DNA from: an uncultured Planctomycetota bacterium | GTDB taxonomy: Bacteria > Planctomycetota > Planctomycetia > Isosphaerales > Isosphaeraceae | Reading direction: 5' to 3' | DNA: 64,000 nucleotides | Assembly (NCBI GenBank): GCA_963823665.1 | Contig: CAWGMQ010000008.1 | Span: forward strand, 1,536,001 to 1,600,000 | Shown here: one piece after another, positions 43,193-52,573 of the stretch | Numbering within the stretch: the stretch's first letter is position 1 | How the letters are laid out: each line of letters opens with the position of its first letter | The notes under the pieces: generated by a model | The model's database searches: none | What the model saw: the letters and a program-made list of their open reading frames with translations, nothing else | Told to the model about the DNA's origin: nothing | Program-made: the position numbers and the translations under genes

Positions 43193-44986
43193 TCATAAGC
43201 TCGGGCGCTTCTTGAGCCCCAGGCTATCCAAAAAACCGGGGCTGTCGAGCACCAGCGGCGCCATCAGCAGATCGGGTGCACTGGCCGCGGACGCCGCGAC
43301 GATCGCACCGCTCGCGCCGTTCTTGGTCACGTTAATGGCGCTGGTCACGGCTGTGCTGAGACCGCTGCTGGAGACCCGAAGAGTGTACCCGGATCCCACC
43401 TTGTTGATCTTCAGTCCCGAGAAGGCAACTACACCCTGGCTGGCTAAAATAGAAAATGTGCCACTGAGAGTGGCTCCGGTCGGGTTGCTCGCAAGGGCCA
43501 TGCTGACGGTATTCCCCGCAGTCGTCACCACATTGCCGTACTGGTCCTCGATCGAGGCTTGCAGACCGAAGCCGCTATTCACCTTAACCGTGGCTGGCGG
43601 CTGCTGCGTGATGACCAACTGCGCGGCCGCTGCGGGGGTGACGGTGATCGAGTTGGTGACGCCCCAGCCCAAGCCGCCGCCGGAGGCCTCGAGCGTGTAC
43701 CCCGAGGCCGTCTTGGTGAGCGTCAGACCGGAGAAGGTGGCGATGCCGTTCGATGCGGTCGCGGTCAGCATGCCGCCGAGGGTGGCGCCACCGGGGTTGT
43801 TTGCCAGGGCCACTGTCACCGTGCCATCGAACGAGGTAATCGGGTTGCCCGAGCTGTCCTCGGCGTCGACCGTAAGGCCGAAGAGGCTACCTGCGGTGAC
43901 GCTGGGCGGTGGTTGCTGGGTCACCACCAGTTGCGAGGTGGTCAGGGTGGCGACGCCGATCGCATTATTGGCGTAATCCGTGAACCAGAGGTTGCCGTCG
44001 GGCCCGGCGGCGATTTGATTGAGGCCGTCGTCAATGGGATACTCGGAAATCGCGTCGGTCGCTGGGTTGATCGAGCCGATCTGGCCAGCGGCCGCCTCGG
44101 TGAACCAAAGGTTCCCATCGGGGCCCAACGTGATCCCGTAGACATTAGACTTGGCCGTCGGGACGGGGTACTCGGTGATGGCATCTGTGGTCAGGTTGAT
44201 CTCTCCGATGGCGTTGCCATTGTAATCCGTGAACCAGACGTTGCCGTCAGGGCCGGGCATTATATGATAAGCGTCGGCATAACCTGATGAGGTCCCGGGG
44301 GCGTCGAAGACGGTCATGACATGGGTCGTGGGGTTAATCCGTCCGATCGTGCGGCTAGACGCGCCGGTGAACCACAGATTGCCGTCGGGACCGGCGGTGA
44401 TCCACATGGGCTCGTTCAGAAAACCGCTGGGCTTGGGGAACTCGGTAACCGCATGGGTCGTCAGGTTGAGCACCCCAATCCCGCTCCCGCCGGCGAACCA
44501 GATGTTGCCATCCGGGCCCGCCGTGATGCCGATGGGAGCGCTCTCAGGGGACGAGGAGTATTCGCTGACAGCGTGCGTGATCGTATTGATCACACCAACC
44601 TTGCCGCTGCCCCTCTCGGTGAACCAGATGTTCCCATCGGGACCGACGGCGATGCCCCAGGGGTTGGAGTTGGCTGTGGGGATCGGAAACTCGCTCGTGG
44701 CGTGCGTCGTTGGGTTGACCATCCCGATTTTGTTAGCTGAATTCTCGATAAACCAAATGTTGCCGTCGGGCCCCGCCACGATGCCAGTGGGCGCGGCTGA
44801 GGGGCTTGTGAGAGGGTACTCGTTGTAGCCGGAGATACTTGACAGCAAGCACCGCTCCTCCAGCCCTTCGAGCCGGAACCGCGCCCGCGTGTCGCCAGAG
44901 CGGCGGTGAGCCCTGCGTCGATCTCTCCCAATCCCAGCGATACCCAGACGGTCCAGGCGATTCTCAATGGTCGAGGGAACAAACAT
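43193..44986 (-). CDS. Secreted Vgb (virginiamycin B lyase)-like beta-propeller with two Ig-like repeats
   Basis: RFRLEGLEERCLLS motif; 7x ITxGPDGNxWF repeats; two QLVxTQQPP repeats; RBS AGAGGAG. Confidence 0.88.
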   Translation of the reverse strand: MFVPSTIENRLDRLGIAGIGRDRRRAHRRSGDTRARFRLEGLEERCLLSSISGYNEYPLTSPSAAPTGIVAGPDGNIWFIENSANKIGMVNPTTHATSEFPIPTANSNPWGIAVGPDGNIWFTERGSGKVGVINTITHAVSEYSSSPESAPIGITAGPDGNIWFAGGSGIGVLNLTTHAVTEFPKPSGFLNEPMWITAGPDGNLWFTGASSRTIGRINPTTHVMTVFDAPGTSSGYADAYHIMPGPDGNVWFTDYNGNAIGEINLTTDAITEYPVPTAKSNVYGITLGPDGNLWFTEAAAGQIGSINPATDAISEYPIDDGLNQIAAGPDGNLWFTDYANNAIGVATLTTSQLVVTQQPPPSVTAGSLFGLTVDAEDSSGNPITSFDGTVTVALANNPGGATLGGMLTATASNGIATFSGLTLTKTASGYTLEASGGGLGWGVTNSITVTPAAAAQLVITQQPPATVKVNSGFGLQASIEDQYGNVVTTAGNTVSMALASNPTGATLSGTFSILASQGVVAFSGLKINKVGSGYTLRVSSSGLSTAVTSAINVTKNGASGAIVAASAASAPDLLMAPLVLDSPGFLDSLGLKKRPSL

Positions 44987-45340
44987 CGTCGGTTCTCCTC
45001 TGCGGAAGTAGGGTGCTCGGCGAGCAAGTGGACACTTCGGGAGGCGGCGGCCGTTCCCGGACATCGGGCATCGTTCGTTCCGTTGGCCCCGTCTTCCTCC
45101 CTAGACAGGGACGACATCGCCGCGCGAATGTCCCGCGGTCGGAGATTTCCTCGCGCCCCCGAGCCACCGGACTACGCACCGGCGCGGCTCTCGGGTCGTG
45201 GGACAGTGCGACGGACCGGATCACGGATCTGCCGGCAATGTTCGTCGCGTCAAGAGCACGAACGGTCGCCCACCTCACCGTCGCGACAGAAATCTCCGCG
45301 TTCCAGCGCCAATCTTTTCCGTGTTTTTGGCGAGAATGCG

Positions 45341-45503
45341 TTCCGAATACTCCAGCGTCACGCTGTAAGCATTTATTCCAAAACCAGTTAGATCCGAAAA
45401 GCGTGGAGTTCCGAATAATCCAGTGTCACGCCGTAACCTTGGACGCTTTTCGATGTTGGGGCGAAAAACGCTCAGGTCCGATTATTCCAGCGTCACACCT
45501 AAA
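45341..45503. repeat. Three degenerate 28-bp direct repeats at 68/67-bp spacing
   Basis: TTCCGAATACTCCAGCGTCACGCTGTAA (45341), TTCCGAATAATCCAGTGTCACGCCGTAA (45409), GTCCGATTATTCCAGCGTCACACCTAAA (45476). Confidence 0.75.
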
Positions 45504-45728
45504 TGCTTTGCTGGCAAGGAGGTGACGCAAAACCGTGTTTTTCGAGGGGCGGCAGGTCTACGGCGCCCCGACTCATGGCGCTCAGTGGCCCGAATACGGA
45601 ATCGTCAGGCGGAAGGCCTGACCGACGCGGATGCCTCGCCTCGAATCGGACGGATTGAACTCCTAACCCGGTCGAACCGGTTGGCTCGTTGAGTTGTCGG
45701 AATCGGCGGACGGACGTAGAGTAGAGGT

Positions 45729-46285
45729 AGAGGTGCGTGGCGGGCGCGATGATCGCCGAGGCGCTTCGATGTGTGCTCCAAGGGCGGGTAACCGCCCCGA
45801 AAGCTCACCTCGAAGGACATGCCGCGGAGGAAAGTCCGGACTCCAAAGGGCGCGATGGTGGGTAACGCCCACCGTCCGAGGCTGTTTGTTCACATGAGCA
45901 AGCAGCACCGGATAGGGATAGTGCCACAGAAAATAAACCGCCTCGGCTGGGGTGCTTGCACCTCGGCCGGGGTAAGGGTGAAACGGCGAGGTAAGAGCTC
46001 ACCAGCAGGCCGGGTGACCGGCTTGGCTCGGTAAACCCCATCGGGAGCAAGACCAAATAAGGGGGCAGGGCACTCGAGCTGGCTTTGCCAAGCGGTTCGC
46101 CGCGATGCGATGCCGGCACGATGCACACGGATCGGCCCGGTCCGTCATGACTCCCGGGTAGGTCGCTCGAGGCGCTGGGCAACCGGCGTCCCAGAAAAAT
46201 GATCATCCGGGTTTTCCGAAGGCCGCGAGAGCGGGCGATGGAAAGCTCGACAGAATCCGGCTTAGGATGCCCGTCACGAACCTCT
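45729..46285 (+). ncRNA. rnpB: RNase P RNA (bacterial type A), unusually long (~557 nt)
   Basis: GAGGAAAGTCCGGACT, AGTGCCACAGAAA, GGGTGAAACGG, GGTAAACCCC, ACAGAATCCGGCTTA; P1 AGAGGTGCGTGGCGGGC pairs with GCCCGTCACGAACCTCT; P2 GATGATC/GATCATC. Confidence 0.97.
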
Positions 46286-46332
46286 TTTCACACATACGAT
46301 GCAGGGGCTGGGTAGTCCAGGCGCTGGAAGTT

Positions 46333-46379
46333 CCAGGGGCTGGAAGCCCCTGGCTATTGCCCTGCGCCCCGTTGGGGCG
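46333..46379. repeat. REP-like double hairpin between convergent rnpB and rbsD
   Basis: CCAGGGGCT-GGA-AGCCCCTGG and CGCCCC-GTT-GGGGCG. Confidence 0.6.
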
Positions 46380-46450
46380 GAGGAACCAACTCGAACACGG
46401 CTGGAGCCCTTGCTGGCGCGGCGGGTTGGTGGGGAGGCTGAGCCGTTGGC

Positions 46451-46844
46451 TCAGAAGGCGCTGCCGGCCACGATTCTCACGCTGGCGTAGGGGCTGAATT
46501 CGGCGGAGCGGATGATGCCCTTGACTTCGAGCGCCTGTTCCTTGAATTCATGGAACGGGACTTCGTCGACGTCGGTCTCGCCCACGATTTTGAGGATCTC
46601 TTGATAGATTCTGGGGCTGAAGTCTTTGATCTCGAGCGGGACGGCAATCGAATCGACGACAAGCTCTTCCGTGACTGCGCAAGACGTCGAGCAGGCGCGG
46701 AATTCCCGGGGTGAGCGTGAGGTCGATGACATGGCCGTCGGTCGGAAGCGGGTAGGCGGCATCGACGATCAAGAGCTCGTCGGATTGCCCAAGCTCGGCC
46801 AGGAGAGAACAGATTGCAGGATTGAGAATGCCGCCCTTCTTCAT
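46451..46844 (-). CDS. rbsD: RbsD/FucU-family sugar pyranase/mutarotase, frameshifted near 46680
   Basis: MKKGGILN...LGQSDELLIVDAAYPLP, IDLTLTPGIP, then EFKEQ...IIRSAEFSPYASV in a second frame. Confidence 0.8.
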
Positions 46845-47141
46845 CGGACTTAATCCTTTGCAGCCAAGCAGCTCGCCAATCCACACCCGCAGAAAGCCCG
46901 AATAAGATACGAATGGCCGGACATCAATTGTGGGCTTCGCTGCCTCGCGCGAAGATCGACAGAGTGCGTGTCCCTAGATTCTTTTCGAGTATAACCATTA
47001 TCCTGGCCTCTCTCTACCCAATCATCGCCGCGGGTAGGGTACAAACCAACAGATGACGCCTCGGATGGAACCGCGCGTGGCGAGCAGGTCCGGCCCCGCA
47101 AGGTTAGATGAAATTCTCCCGGGCCACCTTGAGGACATGCA

Positions 47142-49632
47142 ATGACCAGGAGCGGGTCGCGGATGGGCTGGTCGCTCGTCATTCCAGCCATTCTGCTGGG
47201 AGGCTGGGCGATTGGAAGCGCCATGCTTGCCCGGCGCAGCGATGTGCGAATGAGCCGTTTGATCGGCGGCCAGCGTGGAGCGACATCCGAAGCGGAACAC
47301 GGAAAACCCGCCGGAAAGGAGCTCACGCCCGCAATAGTTGAACACATCGACGACCCTCGGCTGGTCGCGCTGCGCCAGGCGGCCGAGCGCCTGGCGCAGG
47401 CCGGCTGAGCCGCGCCGCGTTGTTGTGGACCAGGTTTGCCTGGTACCTGATCTCCCTACGTTTCTCGATGCGATCGCCGCCTGGGACGAACGGCATTACT
47501 TTCCGATCTTGATCGATGAGCCCGCCTGGACGCTTCCGTTCCTGCGGGCGTTTCGTCCGGCGCGCGTGGTGAGACACGCGGGGAAGAAGCAGCAGTCCGG
47601 CTCGTCACCCGAGCTGAAGGGCGGCATTGGGGGTTCCAGTCGAGCCGAGACGGCGTGGCTGAAGGCAATCGACGCGGTGCGCCGGGCGTGCTCCACGCCG
47701 CCTGAGGCACGCGGCGAGGCCAAGGGGGCTCCAAGCGGCGATGGCCCCGCGCCGCAAACTCCCGGGCTGGTACTGGCAGATCCGGACGCCGCCACCATCG
47801 GGGCCGCGGTCGCGCTGGCCGCTGGGCACTTCCAACCGCTCATTCCTCTTGGAACGTTCCACCTGCCGCGCGGTGTTCCGGGTGCCTCGGAGAGCACGCG
47901 GCGGTTCGGCGACGGGCTCACGCTGGTGGAGGCCTGGGGGTTTGCACGCGGAGTCGAGGCGCGCGTTTCTGCGGTGGTCGCCAAGTACGACCAACTGGGC
48001 GATGACTGCGATTTCCTGACGCTGGCGGGGGACTGGCCTTTTCGCTATGAGGTCGAAGAAGGGGAGTACCCTGCCCGCGGTACGTACGCGATCGATGACT
48101 TGATCGGGCGCACGCTGGCCGGAGGCCCAAGCTTGCGCGGAATCGAGCGATCGCGGCGGCGCTGGGCGTACACCGGGCGGATCGTCGGTGATCCAGCGGC
48201 GAGCGTGGCGCGGGCAATGGGGGCGCTTTTTCTTCATCCGCGCTCGGCCCTGTTATGGAACACATACGGCGGCGGACCGCCATGGTCGACGTACACCATG
48301 AAAGCGGCGAGCGCGCGACTGAGTGGAGTGTTGCCGGGGCCAGTGGAGCACGTCGAAGGACCGCAGTCTGACCTGAAGCACTGGCATGAGATGTTCGCGC
48401 CGCTGAACCCATTCGGGCTGCTGCTCGTCAACACCACCGGGGGACCGGAGATGTTCTCGATTGCCGGAGGGCCGGGCCGGCCGGGGGACGTACCCCGAGG
48501 CGTGTTCAGCGCCGTGTCAATGATTCACAGCTTCTCGGCCGCCAACCCGGCCGATCCCCAAACGATTGCGGGCCGGTGGCTGGCGAACGGCGCCTACGTC
48601 TTTTTTGGGTCAGTGCACGAGCCTTTTCTGCCTTCGTTTCGGCCACCCGGACTGGTGGCGGAGCTGATCGCGGCCGACGTGCCCCTGGTCGCCGCGCTGC
48701 GGCAGGGTGAGGGCGAGCCGGGCGGATTCCCCTGGCGACTGGTCTACCTGGGCGACCCACTCTACCGCGCCGGCCCCGCGCCGCGCGAAAACGCCGCTGC
48801 CGCCATGACCGGGAGAAAGGACGCATCCAAAGGCCCCAAAGCGACAGCCTCGCAGTGGAGCTGGTGGTCCGGCACGAGCCCCCAAGCGACCCTGCCCCCA
48901 AACCACGAAGGAGACCGCATCGACGTCGGCCAGTGGGCCAAAGCCGCCGCGCCTCACGACGTGTTACCGGTTGTGGCAATTCTGGCGATGGACGCAAAGG
49001 CCAGCCCGGCAGTCAGTGTGCATGAAGATGGACACGACGCCGAAAAGCTGCATTTGTGCACCGATGCGGCGATCGCCGAGGCGGCAGCGGAGAGCACCAT
49101 CAGCCACAAGACCAGCGGCCCAACAACCTCGGGCCGCCCGAGCAACGAATGGCGATCGCTCTTGCGGCAAGTCCGGCGGGAGAGACTCGACGAGGGGCTG
49201 CGCAGCACCTATGATGAATTGTTGATCGATGCGCTCGAGCAGGTCGGGGCGATCGAGGAATTGCAATCGCGTCTGGCGAAGATTCCGCCGGAGGAAGCCG
49301 GTGCCCGCGTGTGGCAAGCACAGGAGTGCTGTGCCTTCCTCCGACTGGCGCGGCTTCCGCAAGACCGAACGAGCGAGCCGTTCGACTCAGCACTACGGCT
49401 CTGGGACGAAATGATGGGCCTATCTTGGCCCAAGGGATCGCGATTTCCCGGGCAGCTCACGGAGCGAGTGGCCGCCATGACCGGAATCGACCCGGGTCGT
49501 CGCCTACCGGCCTGGCAGGAACAGCTCCAGAAGACGGCCGGGCGGCTCGGGGCGCAGGGCGATCGATTCCCGCACGTCCGGGCGATCACAGCCGAACAGG
49601 CGCGTGTGGAGGCGCAGCGGACGCGGAGGTAG
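47142..49632 (+). CDS. Large secreted/membrane-anchored hypothetical protein (TIGR03790-like C-region), frameshift near 47390
   Basis: N-terminal hydrophobic segment in 47142..47408 continues into 47338..49632; FFGSVHEPFL and YLGDPLY motifs. Confidence 0.7.
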
Positions 49633-49837
49633 GGCGCGCGGAAGTATATACCGACCAATAGTGTGTGCCGGTTCTAGAATCGACCGCCCGCGGAATGAGG
49701 TGGTTCAATTCGACGTTCAGAGATTGCTGGCGTAGAATCAGTACGCTGACTGTTCTCACCGAGTCGAGGGGCGCATTCCGTAAAACGGCGCCGACCAACT
49801 GCGAGCGCCGCGAGTTCAGACCTTCGGAGCCGAGGAA

Positions 49838-50380
49838 ATGGCGAGTGCTAAAACGTCGTTGAGAACTTCGCGAGGCGTCACTGGTAGCGAACGGCCTCTA
49901 ACTGCGGGCGACGACGTCGCTGCGGTCTCACTTATACTGAAAAACGCAAGCGATCCAGCGCGGCTTATGGTTCTGCTCGCGCTCGCGGATGGCGAGCGGG
50001 AATCTGTCGGTCTCGCTGACTCGCTCGAAGAAGGCCTCCCGAGCTTGAACACGAATCTCGCGTTTCTTACGCATGCAGGCATGGTCGCCAGACACAGACG
50101 TGGAAACCGGCAGGTTTATTCGCTTACGACTCGCAGTCGAGGGATAACGGCACTTGTCCAAACTCTGCTTCGCGAAGAGCACGCGAAGACTTCGCTACCG
50201 ATTCCAATTGACCCAAAACTTCTGGATGATGTGCGAGGATTCGTCGACGATCCCGACGAGTGGTTCCGCACACCAAATGTCGCCTTCGAAGGACGACAAC
50301 CCATCGAATTACTTGGGACGGCTGACGAGTCGAGGCTCAGGAATCGCATCGAGGCGGCAAAGCACGGCATGTTCTCATGA
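49838..50380 (+). CDS. Antitoxin: ArsR-like HTH fused to Xre/MbcA/ParS C-terminal domain
   Basis: SDPARLMVLLAL..GE, RRGNRQVYSL; EWFRTPNVAFEGRQPIELL...GMFS. Confidence 0.88.
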   Translation: MASAKTSLRTSRGVTGSERPLTAGDDVAAVSLILKNASDPARLMVLLALADGERESVGLADSLEEGLPSLNTNLAFLTHAGMVARHRRGNRQVYSLTTRSRGITALVQTLLREEHAKTSLPIPIDPKLLDDVRGFVDDPDEWFRTPNVAFEGRQPIELLGTADESRLRNRIEAAKHGMFS

Positions 50381-50952
50381 AGCTCGCGGCCTGTAAGCGG
50401 CTCGGGCTGTAGTCAATTAACGGAATCTGGTATCGGGCCATCGCCGCGCGGCATTGGAAGACGGCACTCAGAACCGACCAGACCGCTGAAATCCCCGGGC
50501 GATTCAATCCGGGAAAAGCTGCGACGACGCCATTCGAGATTCTCTACCTTGCCGAGAACCAACTGGTCGCTTTATACGAGGTCCAGGCGATTTTCGGTCC
50601 ACCGCATCAGGCGATAGCCAATCCACACGAAAGCAAGCGAATCACAGTCGACACGAGCGTTCGATTGAGCTCGGTGGCGGATCTCACCGCGATCGATCAA
50701 CAGGCTCTGCTCGAAACTTCGATGCAGGAGTTGACTGGCAACTGGGACACGTACGCACCGGGCGAGGCGCCGACTCAGCGCCTTGGCAGCGCTTCATTCA
50801 GGACCAAGAACGTCGAGGGGTTTTTGGCGAATTCGGCCCGAATTCCGAAGTGCAAGACGCTGATCGTATTCCCGTAAAAACTGCGCAAAGGAAGCGAAAT
50901 CGTGTTTGAGGATCACATCACCGGGAAGGTTCACCGGATTGGTCCTCCGTGA
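50377..50952 (+). pseudogene. RES-domain toxin inactivated by two in-frame nonsense codons
   Basis: ATGA overlap with antitoxin; WYRAI (R), GRFN, LYLAE...ALYEV (E), ANSAR (S); TAG at 50410 and TAA at 50875 in one frame, final TGA 50950-50952. Confidence 0.85.
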
Positions 50953-51169
50953 TCGGTAGCTGGTCTAGCAGACTCTGGGATGGGAACTCAATTACTCGGT
51001 TAGAACCCTTGCCATATCGTGTCAGCGTTGTTGCTTTGAGCGGTTCGTTCGTGTTACCTTCGTCTGTATCCCGCGATGCCCCGACGACGAACGAGGCTCG
51101 GGCTAATTTGTCCAAGAAATCCGGCATTTTCGTGCCGTAGAAAGATTTCCTCTTCGTCGAGGATCACCT

Positions 51170-51913
51170 GTGAGCGCCGCGATCCTTCCGAAACGCGCGC
51201 TGCCGACCCAACGGCCGCGCCGCATGCGTCGTAGTGCCAAGCCGGTTGCGGAGGCCCTGGAATCCCGGACCGTGCTCGCCATCTCGATCACGGCGAGCAT
51301 CGCTGGGCTTGCGCCTGCGGTGATCAGCATCAGTCTCCCGCAGCCAAATGCCGCAGAAATGCAGGACGTTTCGCTGATTCTGAAGGCATCGACCGCGGAC
51401 GAGCAACTGGCGCGCGATGCCGCGTTCGGAAGGAGTCTGCACGACGTCAAGATCACGCTGAGCGACAGCGCGGATGGTTCGGACACGATTGAGCTGACGG
51501 ACGCTTTCATCACCTCGTTTCGGCTGATTCCGGGCGAGAGTTTGGATGAACCGGAGATCGCGCTCGACCTGGAGGGGGAAACGGGGCACACGGGCTCGAT
51601 CTCCGCAGATCTCGACGGAGTCATGCCGCGCGTGGTGAGCGTGACCATTCCGCAAGCGACGAACAGCGAGGCGGCACAGCCCATCACGCTGGTCGTGAAG
51701 CTCTCCGCGGGCCTGCCGAAGCTGTTCCAGGACGCGGCGAGCGGCAGGGTCATTCGCCAGGCCGAGATCACCCTGGACCAGATCGGCAACGGCTCGACTT
51801 ACACGATTGACCTGAGCCAGGTTTTCATCTCTTCGATCCAGTTCGTCGGCGGCTCGGGCGGGGAGATTCCCGAAGCCGAGATTACGTTGGTGACCGGCCA
51901 GGGGCGGTCGTGA
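51170..51913 (+). CDS. Secreted protein with two tandem Hcp (T6SS/phage tail tube)-like domains
   Basis: RRSAKPVAEALESRTVLA export motif; two repeats of L..DAA.GR.(L/I)....ITL...TI(E/D)L...FI(T/S)S....G....PE....L. Confidence 0.65.
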   Translation: MSAAILPKRALPTQRPRRMRRSAKPVAEALESRTVLAISITASIAGLAPAVISISLPQPNAAEMQDVSLILKASTADEQLARDAAFGRSLHDVKITLSDSADGSDTIELTDAFITSFRLIPGESLDEPEIALDLEGETGHTGSISADLDGVMPRVVSVTIPQATNSEAAQPITLVVKLSAGLPKLFQDAASGRVIRQAEITLDQIGNGSTYTIDLSQVFISSIQFVGGSGGEIPEAEITLVTGQGRS

Positions 51914-51980
51914 GTGAAGCCCCAACGTAAAGTCTCGCATTGGTCGCGATCGCCCACCCTTGGCGTGATGGGTAAGAGCG

Positions 51981-52438
51981 ATGTCAGACACCGATCGGCT
52001 GCTGGAATTGATCGAAGACGGCGTCGTTGCGCACGGCGGGGACCTGGGGGGCTGGACGCGGCGCGGTGAAGAGGGGCTGCAGCTTTTTGACGGGCGCGTC
52101 ACTTTGCGGGCCGAGTTGCGCGACTACCAACCTCCGCGCGACGGCGTGGTGCACATCCACGTCATCACGAGGCTGCACGACCACGACGACGAAGTGCTCG
52201 ATGCGTGCCTCGTGGGCCTGGGCGGCGACCGCGGGAAGGCGCTCGCCGAAGCCGCCATGATCTGGATCACCTGCGTGGCCGGGCCGATCAAATCGTTCGT
52301 CGACGGCCGGCCGGTGTGCATGACGTGCCAGGCCGGTGTGCAGGGGGGCGACGCGTCGGCCGGTTATGTCGAAGGGGACTATGGAAGCCAAAGCCGAAGT
52401 CAACGGCGCAGAAGAAGCCGTGGTGGAAGTTCTGGTAA
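51981..52438 (+). pseudogene. Hypothetical protein, apparently internally deleted or frameshifted, ending in KKPWWKFW
   Basis: Globular N-part to ..GYVEGDY (~52383) switches frame to KPKPKSTAQKKPWWKFW*. Confidence 0.55.
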
Positions 52439-52573
52439 TGTAGTTTTTTCGCTCCGCCGGGATGAGGTCTGTGGTCTCCCGGCAGGATTTCGACCCCAAG
52501 ACGTCCGCGCCGGTCAAGCAGGTTTCCTCGGCGCGAGGCTCTCGCCCTCTGGCTCTTGGCCTCGACGTGTGGG

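Noticed and set aside
45341..45503. CRISPR array call
   Set aside because: Only three degenerate, non-palindromic repeats; spacers share a CGAAAA motif; no cas genes in the window. Kept as an unexplained repeat
45805..46206. ORFs overlapping rnpB
   Set aside because: Spurious translations of the RNase P RNA gene
50377..50952. Stop-codon reassignment or readthrough in the RES gene
   Set aside because: TAG and TAA terminate many normal genes in this window, and two different stops point to pseudogenisation
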